Assembly (NCBI GenBank): GCA_019058015.1
Contig: JAHLWH010000210.1
Span: 1-13,843, forward strand
Origin: Promethearchaeota archaeon
Lineage (GTDB): Archaea; Asgardarchaeota; Lokiarchaeia; Sigyniarchaeales; SOKP01
DNA length: 13,843 nucleotides
Direction: 5' to 3'
The notes beneath the pieces were generated by a model. The model did not search any database. It saw only the letters and a program-made list of their open reading frames with translations, and was not told the DNA's origin. Shown here piece by piece: positions 1-6,152 of this stretch. The position numbers and the translations under genes were made by a program. Positions within the stretch are counted from its first letter, which is position 1, and each line of letters starts with the position of its first letter.

Positions 1-2
1 TT

Positions 3-251
3 ATGAGCGATAACTATGATCTCGTGATACTTGATGAAATTGGAGTTGCTCTTGAAATGCATATAATCAAGATTGATGATGTAATGAACATAATTGAAAA
101 AAAACCTGAAAAACTTGAATTAATTTTAACCGGTGGCCAAAAAATACACCCAAAAATAAAGGAAAGAGAAGATCTCATAACTGAAATGAAGATGATAAAA
201 CATTATTTCTCAACAGATGGAATACAAGCCCGCCTTGGTATTGAATATTAA
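3..251 (+). CDS. cobO: Cob(I)alamin/cob(I)yrinic acid a,c-diamide adenosyltransferase (CobO/CobA/BtuR family), C-terminal part only; 5'-truncated by the window edge
   Basis: Motifs YDLVILDEI, ELILTG, DLITEM..IKHYF and ARLGIEY match the family's C-terminal half. The N-terminal P-loop half is missing, so the ATG at 3 is probably internal. Confidence 0.9.
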   Translation: MSDNYDLVILDEIGVALEMHIIKIDDVMNIIEKKPEKLELILTGGQKIHPKIKEREDLITEMKMIKHYFSTDGIQARLGIEY

Positions 252-271
252 AAATCTTACTAATTAACAAA

Positions 272-1447
272 ATGCCATATGATAAACATACCTATTTAAT
301 ATGGTTTTTAAGTTTCTCAATTATTCTAACTTCTTTTTTTTTGCTCCAAATTGGAAAATCACAAGCCATAAATATTTCTTTTTTTAATAACAACAATTAT
401 TTTCAATTTAATTCTACAAATGCATATAATATAATTGAATCCCAACTTAATTTTGGATTTCGAATTCCAGGAACTGAATCTAGTAAAAATTGTGGAGATT
501 ATTTTATTGAACACATGAATGCTATATCACCCACGCTTCCAATTTTTCAACATAATTTTAGTGTAAATACAATAAATTGTCGGAATTTTCTTATAACTAT
601 TAATCCCAATAATCCTCGCATAATAATCCTCGGAGCACATTATGATAGTAGAGCAATCTCTGAAAAAGATCCTACCGTAAATAAAAGAAATGAACCATGT
701 CCAGGAGCAAATGATGGAGCAAGTGGAGTTGCCACACTCTTGGAATTGAGTAGAATTTTCTATGAAAAAAGAGAATCCCTAAATTGTTCAGTATGGATTT
801 TGTTATTTGACGCTGAAGACCAAGGTAATGGAGCCTTGTCTGGTTGGGATTGGTGTGAAGGTTCAAAAAAATTTGTCGAAAATATTAACAATTATTATAA
901 TCCTGAAACCCAATCAATTGAAGCAATGATTTTGTTAGATATGGTTGGTGGAACAAATTTAGAATTTATTAATGAATTGAATTCGAATATGCTATTACTT
1001 GGTGAATTATTTGAAATTGGGAGATCTTTAGGATATTTAGATGCATTCCCTTCTAATCCGGTATCTAGCGCAATAACTGATGATCATTTACCTTTTAAAG
1101 AACTTGAAATACCAGTCGCTGATTTAATTATTAACTTTTGGAGTCCATCAAGTCCCTGGCCTTATCATCATACAACATCTGATAATATCACATATATTTC
1201 ACAAGAGAGTCTTGAAATAACAGGAAAAACAATTGAAAAATTTATATATAATCATTATTTAAACAGCCCCGAATATGAAAATGACTCAGGAAATTATCCT
1301 TGGAAAGATATCAATGGAAATCTCAGTTTAGATTTTATATATTATATTATTTTTTTTGTATTAATTGTTGGAATAGGAATTTCACTAATAATTATCAAAA
1401 AGAAAAATAAATTTCAAAAAACTAAGAATAAGATAAAATTGAAATAA
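272..1447 (+). CDS. Secreted, C-terminally membrane-anchored M28-family zinc enzyme, glutaminyl-peptide cyclotransferase (QC)-like
   Basis: M28 motifs GAHYDSR, GANDGASG, FDAED, LLDMVG, ITDDHLPF and YHHTTSD are present. The N-terminal hydrophobic stretch ends ...SQA. A C-terminal TM helix (FIYYIIFFVLIVGIGISLIII) is followed by a Lys-rich tail. Confidence 0.85.
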   Translation: MPYDKHTYLIWFLSFSIILTSFFLLQIGKSQAINISFFNNNNYFQFNSTNAYNIIESQLNFGFRIPGTESSKNCGDYFIEHMNAISPTLPIFQHNFSVNTINCRNFLITINPNNPRIIILGAHYDSRAISEKDPTVNKRNEPCPGANDGASGVATLLELSRIFYEKRESLNCSVWILLFDAEDQGNGALSGWDWCEGSKKFVENINNYYNPETQSIEAMILLDMVGGTNLEFINELNSNMLLLGELFEIGRSLGYLDAFPSNPVSSAITDDHLPFKELEIPVADLIINFWSPSSPWPYHHTTSDNITYISQESLEITGKTIEKFIYNHYLNSPEYENDSGNYPWKDINGNLSLDFIYYIIFFVLIVGIGISLIIIKKKNKFQKTKNKIKLK

Positions 1448-1539
1448 TTCTAATTATTATGATAAATTAAAATTGTATTTGTTATCCTTTAAATTCCAGA
1501 AATTAAATGTATATTTAGAATGAAATAATTGTTGAGATT

Positions 1540-2292
1540 ATGGAAAATAATAAAAAGATTTCCAACTCTGAAAACGGAGAATTGAAGAAAAAAAAGTTAT
1601 CTAAAAAAATCATAATTGGAATTATTATTATCGTAATTGGATTTGGAAGCCCTTTTATTATAACTTTTTTAATGCAAGCCATTCTTCAAACTCAACATCC
1701 ACTTGTAGTAGTAGTATCTGATTCTATGAATCCAGCAATTTATCGAGGCGATTTATTGATCTTGCAAGGAAAAAATCCCATAGACGTCGTAAATGGAACA
1801 ATCACGGGAAAAGAAGGTGATATAATTGTGTATGATGCACATGGGGTATGGGATGGATGGCCAAATGGTCAAGTTCCAGATGAACCAATAGTTCATAGGA
1901 TAGTAAATAAATGGTTTGATAATTCTACGGGAAAATGGATGTTTTATACTAAGGGAGATAATGATGTTACAAATACTAATATTGATCCACCTGATGGATA
2001 TTTTCAAGTTGATTATAAATATCCAGTTCCAGAAGATAAAATACTTGGAGTTGTTATTGGACGAATCCCTTCTATTGGTTATGTAAATATTTTCTTATCA
2101 GAAAATAATCTATTTCTATATCTAATAATCGGGATTCTTGGCACTTTATTAATAATTTCTGTTATATGGGATATTATAAACCCCGAAAAAGAGAAAGAGA
2201 AAGTAAAAGAGTCTAAACTTATAAAGAAAAAGGATAAGGAACGACAATTAACTTCTGAAAAAATTATAATTCAAGATGAATTTGAGGAATAG
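1540..2292 (+). CDS. sec11: Signal peptidase I, archaeal/ER type (S26B, Sec11-like)
   Basis: Catalytic Ser motif VVSDSMNP, RGDL, catalytic His motif IVHR and TKGDN...D. TM helices at both termini. Confidence 0.93.
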   Translation: MENNKKISNSENGELKKKKLSKKIIIGIIIIVIGFGSPFIITFLMQAILQTQHPLVVVVSDSMNPAIYRGDLLILQGKNPIDVVNGTITGKEGDIIVYDAHGVWDGWPNGQVPDEPIVHRIVNKWFDNSTGKWMFYTKGDNDVTNTNIDPPDGYFQVDYKYPVPEDKILGVVIGRIPSIGYVNIFLSENNLFLYLIIGILGTLLIISVIWDIINPEKEKEKVKESKLIKKKDKERQLTSEKIIIQDEFEE

Positions 2293-2463
2293 AACACTAA
2301 ATTTTTTCGAATTTTTTTAGATATATATAGTTCTAAAAGTAAAATTTTAAAATTATTATGCCTTTTTTGAATATAATGTTCTTTTGAACATTATTAATTG
2401 ATTAATAACAGAAAAATCTCTGCATACGCAGAATTTCTATTAAACAATAATACAAAAAGTTAA

Positions 2464-2470
2464 AGAGAGG
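2464..2470 (+). promoter_or_regulatory. Putative Shine-Dalgarno site for alba
   Basis: AGAGAGG ends 6 nt before the ATG at 2477. Confidence 0.5.
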
Positions 2471-2476
2471 TTTAAA

Positions 2477-2764
2477 ATGGCTAATGATCAATCCAATCAG
2501 AATAATGTGTTTGTTGGAAGACGCCCCACAATGAATTATGTAATGGCAACAATGATGGTACTTAACAGAGGCGATGAATGCACAGTAAAGGCACGAGGTA
2601 GAGCAATTTCTCATGCTGTAGATGTTTGCGAAATCCTTCGCAACCGATTTTTAAAGGGAACAGAATACGGAGATATTATCTTGGGCACAGAGGAATTAGA
2701 AGGTGAAGGTGGGCAAAAAAATAATGTAAGTTCCATTGAAATTACATTGAAACCACCAAAATAA
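2477..2764 (+). CDS. albA: DNA/RNA-binding chromatin protein Alba
   Basis: VFVGRRPTMNYV, VKARGRAISHAVDV and VSSIEITL are canonical Alba motifs; length 95 aa. Confidence 0.96.
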   Translation: MANDQSNQNNVFVGRRPTMNYVMATMMVLNRGDECTVKARGRAISHAVDVCEILRNRFLKGTEYGDIILGTEELEGEGGQKNNVSSIEITLKPPK

Positions 2765-2810
2765 AATATCTAAACTAGAAAACGTCGTTACATCGACAAT
2801 ACTTATCTAC

Positions 2811-2826
2811 TTTTTTTTTTTATTTT
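2811..2826 (+). terminator. Archaeal oligo-T intrinsic terminator after alba
   Basis: T11 run plus ATTTT about 46 nt after the stop codon. Confidence 0.6.
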
Positions 2827-2970
2827 CAATTAAAACAATTATCTATATTGAATCAGTTTGTGTTAGAAACTCTTTTTTTTCAAATAAGTTAAAGCATTTT
2901 TAACAAATAATAATTTTAAAATTCATTAGATTATTTCAAAAAATATTGCTTTAAAAGGATTTGAAAAATT

Positions 2971-4113
2971 ATGTTAGAAGAAAAATATAAAAAAGCCGCA
3001 AGAATAATTGTGAAAGCTGGATTTCTTCCTTTTCCAATTAGTGACACTTTACTTGAAATATTGAAGATATTAATTAATGAAAATGAATTGGATTTAATTT
3101 TTGCTTTTAAACGACAAGTTTCTCAAACTATGGAGCAATTAAAAAAGAGTAGTAAAATGAAAGAACAAGAAATAATAAAAAATATAGAATCTTTAGCCAA
3201 AAAGGGTTTAATTTTCGATCAACCAAGTTCTAGAGGTATTATGGTTTATAGATTACTACCTTTATTGAATGTTGGCGTTTTTGAATATACTTTTATGAAA
3301 AAGCTTGAATATTCAGAAAAGGAAAAGAAATTTGCACTCTTATTTGAGAAACTATTTAGTGAATATAAAGAGTTCGTTCAAGATAATTACGATGCAATTG
3401 AACCCTTTCTTCAGACCATGCCTCCTGTTGATCGTACAATTCCAATAGTAGAAAAAAATGTTGAAGGAAAAGATATTCAAATATTGATTAATGAAGAATT
3501 AGAAGTACCCACGGAAGAAGTTATCCTCGCCCAGAATGTTGCAGAAATTATTAACAAATTTGACGATATTGCAGTTGGACATTGCTATTGCCGACATCAT
3601 AAAGATTTACTGGGCGATTCATGCAAAATTAATGCACCGCGAGAGAATTGTTTCACTTTTGGAAAGTCAGCTAGATTTACTACTAAACAAGGTTTTGCTA
3701 GAATGGTTACAAAAGAAGAGGCATTAAAAATATTAAGGGAGGCTGAAGAAAATGGATTAGTACATAAAGCATTCCATCCACATTCAGATATATCTAAAGC
3801 TGAAACTTCAATCTGTAATTGTTGCACTTGCTGTTGTGAAACTTTTGATCAATTTAGGAAAGGTGCTTTGCCTATAATTAATGTAACCAATTACTTATCG
3901 TGTGTGAATCCTGATCAATGCACAGGTTGTGGAACATGCATAGAAAAGTGTCCCATTGGTGCAATGTCAAGAAATGATGATAATATTGCTGAAGTAAATG
4001 AGTCCAATTGTATTGGATGCGGAGTATGCGCTCATTTTTGCCCAGAAACAGCTATATCCTTGTTAGAAGGGAGAAGAACTGTTTATATCCCTCCTCCAAG
4101 ATTAAAATCTTAA
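2971..4113 (+). CDS. 4Fe-4S binding protein: N-terminal wHTH-like region, central Cys cluster and C-terminal 2x[4Fe-4S] ferredoxin domain
   Basis: Ferredoxin motifs CTGCGTCIEKCP and CIGCGVCAHFCP. Extra Cys motifs CYCRH..C..C and ICNCCTCCC, plus EAEENGLVH, typical of this anaerobe family. Confidence 0.88.
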   Translation: MLEEKYKKAARIIVKAGFLPFPISDTLLEILKILINENELDLIFAFKRQVSQTMEQLKKSSKMKEQEIIKNIESLAKKGLIFDQPSSRGIMVYRLLPLLNVGVFEYTFMKKLEYSEKEKKFALLFEKLFSEYKEFVQDNYDAIEPFLQTMPPVDRTIPIVEKNVEGKDIQILINEELEVPTEEVILAQNVAEIINKFDDIAVGHCYCRHHKDLLGDSCKINAPRENCFTFGKSARFTTKQGFARMVTKEEALKILREAEENGLVHKAFHPHSDISKAETSICNCCTCCCETFDQFRKGALPIINVTNYLSCVNPDQCTGCGTCIEKCPIGAMSRNDDNIAEVNESNCIGCGVCAHFCPETAISLLEGRRTVYIPPPRLKS

Positions 4114-4142
4114 TTTTTTTAAATTAATTTTTTTTTATTTTT
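4113..4142 (+). terminator. Oligo-T terminator after the 4Fe-4S gene
   Basis: T7, T9 and T5 runs immediately after the TAA. Confidence 0.55.
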
Positions 4143-4233
4143 AGGAGATGATATCTACAAATCCAATTATTTAAAATTTTACAGGTTGATTTTTCCTTCT
4201 AAAGATTATTATTTAGAAAGGAATCATATAAAA

Positions 4234-4593
4234 TTAATAAAATTGTGTTCTCAATTTAGATATTAATTGTCCCCGATCTAAGACTTGGATACCATTATTT
4301 TTTCCGTATTTTTCTGAAAATTCACTAGATTTACTACAAATCATAACTCCACCTTCAATATCTTCAACATCCTTACAAGCTTTGTGCAATTGACGGATCT
4401 GAGTTATTGAAATCTCTCGTTTCCAGTCTCGAATAAAGACTCCAAATTTTCCTCCATTGTCTAATATTAATGCATCAAATTTCCAAATTTTTTTTGATTT
4501 ACCTCGAAATGTTTGTTCTTCATCTATATATCGATAATTCGCAGAAAATAATGTTTTTGCTAATTCCCGCAGGTTTTTATCTATTAAATCCAA
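4234..4593 (-). CDS. Mrr_cat-like restriction-endonuclease-fold (PD-(D/E)XK) small protein, probably catalytically degenerate; TTG start
   Basis: Mrr-like layout: FRGKSKKIWKFDALI, GVFIRDWKREIS..QIRQL, GGVMIC, YGKNNGIQVLD...L. The expected (E/Q)xK motif is replaced by FIR. Confidence 0.75.
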   Translation of the reverse strand: MDLIDKNLRELAKTLFSANYRYIDEEQTFRGKSKKIWKFDALILDNGGKFGVFIRDWKREISITQIRQLHKACKDVEDIEGGVMICSKSSEFSEKYGKNNGIQVLDRGQLISKLRTQFY

Positions 4594-4636
4594 TTCACAT
4601 ACACATTTTTTTATTTTTTAATGTAATATTGAGATG

Positions 4637-4687
4637 GTATCTAAATCTAGACTATTTTTAAAAAATATTTAATATAATATAATATCT
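4637..4687 (-). repeat. Upstream conserved block, copy 1
   Basis: GTATCTAAATCTAGA at 4637-4651 is identical to 4986-5000. The 24-mer at 4664-4687 matches 5008-5031 at 20/24 positions and reads ...TATTAAATATT (TATA-like) on the minus strand. Confidence 0.8.
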
Positions 4688-4725
4688 ACACAGTATATGT
4701 ATTTTTGTCGGATTGCTATTTTTTA

Positions 4726-4935
4726 TTAATCTAACTTATTTAATGAATGATCTCTGTTATTTGAATCAATTTTGTTCAGATAATTTTCAAAAATATCATT
4801 AAAATCTTTTACTAAATTATTTGCTAAGACTTTACATCTATTAGAGAATTCAATTTTTTCTATATCTGTATCTCGATATCTCTCGATTGAAAGTATTTTT
4901 GCTAATTCTCTCAGATTTTTTTCTTTTATGTCCAA
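4726..4935 (-). CDS. Small 69-aa hypothetical protein whose N-terminus is paralogous to the adjacent Mrr-like protein; TTG start
   Basis: MDIKEKNLRELAKILSIERYRDTD aligns with MDLIDKNLRELAKTLFSANYRYID. The start context and upstream motifs are conserved. The C-terminal part is unrelated and looks helical. Confidence 0.6.
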   Translation of the reverse strand: MDIKEKNLRELAKILSIERYRDTDIEKIEFSNRCKVLANNLVKDFNDIFENYLNKIDSNNRDHSLNKLD

Positions 4936-4985
4936 TTTACATCAACAATTTACATTTTCTTTTTTTACAATATATTATTTAGAAA

Positions 4986-5031
4986 GTATCTAAATCTAGA
5001 TTAGTGGAATATTTAATACATTGTGATATCT
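4986..5031 (-). repeat. Upstream conserved block, copy 2
   Basis: Second copy of the 15-mer (349 bp from copy 1) and of the 24-mer. Confidence 0.8.
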
Positions 5032-5074
5032 GGGAATTATAAAAAAAGATAAAAAAAAGTTTAACCTTTATTGT

Positions 5075-5923
5075 TTAAAAAAAATCACTAATTTTTATTA
5101 GTGGATAATCTCCATTATTAGGGCTAAATTTTTCTAAATATAAATCCAAGATACTTCTAAAAAAAATTATTATATTATTTGCGACTACTTCACAAATATT
5201 GTTACAATCAAAGTAATTATTAGGAAGTAGGGGACATCTTGGATTAAAATTTTTACAATATTTTTTCATTTGGAGTGAAAATCCTTCTGCTCGAAGTATC
5301 TTAAAATAATTCCATGAGTCTTTGAATCCAGCAAACTCATAGGGCTTTAATTCTTGAAGTCTCTCTTTTAAAGATTTTTCATTGAATTTGAATTTTAAAC
5401 GGTGTTTTATTTTTTTCAATTCAATAACAAATTCTGCTTGGCTCCAATTACTATACACTTGGAGTAAAGCTTCGGCTTTTATAACCTTTTCAGGCGAAAT
5501 TATTTTCCAACCATCAGCTCTTTTACATTTAATATTTTTATTTTCAAAATTATCAAAATTGGTTGGGTAAATCCAACACTGAGGTGGTTTAAGATCTGTA
5601 GAATAGAGCTTACATCCATTAAGCTTTTTATCAAAAAATGCGCATTTTCCTGTTTTATCATCAATCCGTATTTGAAATGAAAAAACATCTCCTCTTATGA
5701 AATCTTTTTCAGTTCCCAATCCTTGACTTATAATTTCTTTAGCTAATATTTTTGGAATATCGATAAATATAGAGCAACAATCAGCATGGCAAATACTTGG
5801 ATCTGTACAATTTGGACCGGTTATTCCCTCTTCCATTAATTTATTATAATTCCTTATAATTTCTAATACATCTACTTTAAGGATATCTTGATTTTCTCCT
5901 CTGTATAACTCATCTACTTTCAA
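5075..5923 (-). CDS. YkgJ/UPF0153 (CxxCxxCC-type) cysteine-cluster protein, putative Fe-S or Zn binding; TTG start
   Basis: C...ICHADCC, CAFFD...GCKLY...KPPQCWIYP, plus additional C-terminal Cys residues (YCKNFNPRCP..DCNNIC). Confidence 0.78.
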   Translation of the reverse strand: MKVDELYRGENQDILKVDVLEIIRNYNKLMEEGITGPNCTDPSICHADCCSIFIDIPKILAKEIISQGLGTEKDFIRGDVFSFQIRIDDKTGKCAFFDKKLNGCKLYSTDLKPPQCWIYPTNFDNFENKNIKCKRADGWKIISPEKVIKAEALLQVYSNWSQAEFVIELKKIKHRLKFKFNEKSLKERLQELKPYEFAGFKDSWNYFKILRAEGFSLQMKKYCKNFNPRCPLLPNNYFDCNNICEVVANNIIIFFRSILDLYLEKFSPNNGDYPLIKISDFF

Positions 5924-6152
5924 ATTTTTTCATTTATTATGATAAAATAGGATTAAGCAAACACATAACAGTAATTTCTAATATCATTCAAAACGTGTCG
6001 AGATTATATTTATTTTGTTTTTTAAATTTAAAAAGGATTTATAAATTTATTAAAGAATTACTATAAATTATTTATTAAATAATTTATATTAAATCTATAA
6101 GTAATATTATACAATACCCCCAATTAATCAAAATTTTAAGGTATAATTATAA

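Noticed and set aside
672-866. 64-aa minus-strand ORF
   Set aside because: Antisense shadow of the M28 gene with no recognisable motif.
1753-2007. 84-aa minus-strand ORF
   Set aside because: Antisense to the signal peptidase catalytic domain.
2402-2614. 70-aa Cys/His-rich minus-strand ORF
   Set aside because: Overlaps alba antisense, and its composition is explained by the opposite strand.
3536-3827. Two short ORFs (3536-3727 +, 3597-3827 -)
   Set aside because: Nested in the well-supported 4Fe-4S gene.
4470-4661. 63-aa plus-strand ORF
   Set aside because: Antisense to the Mrr-like gene and its promoter; AT-rich noise.
4637-5031. Repeats as a possible CRISPR array or IS/att ends
   Set aside because: Only two short copies about 349 bp apart, no transposase, integrase or cas gene, and explained by a gene-plus-promoter duplication.
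5382-5688. Two 62-aa ORFs inside the YkgJ-like gene
   Set aside because: Alternate-frame or antisense shadows.
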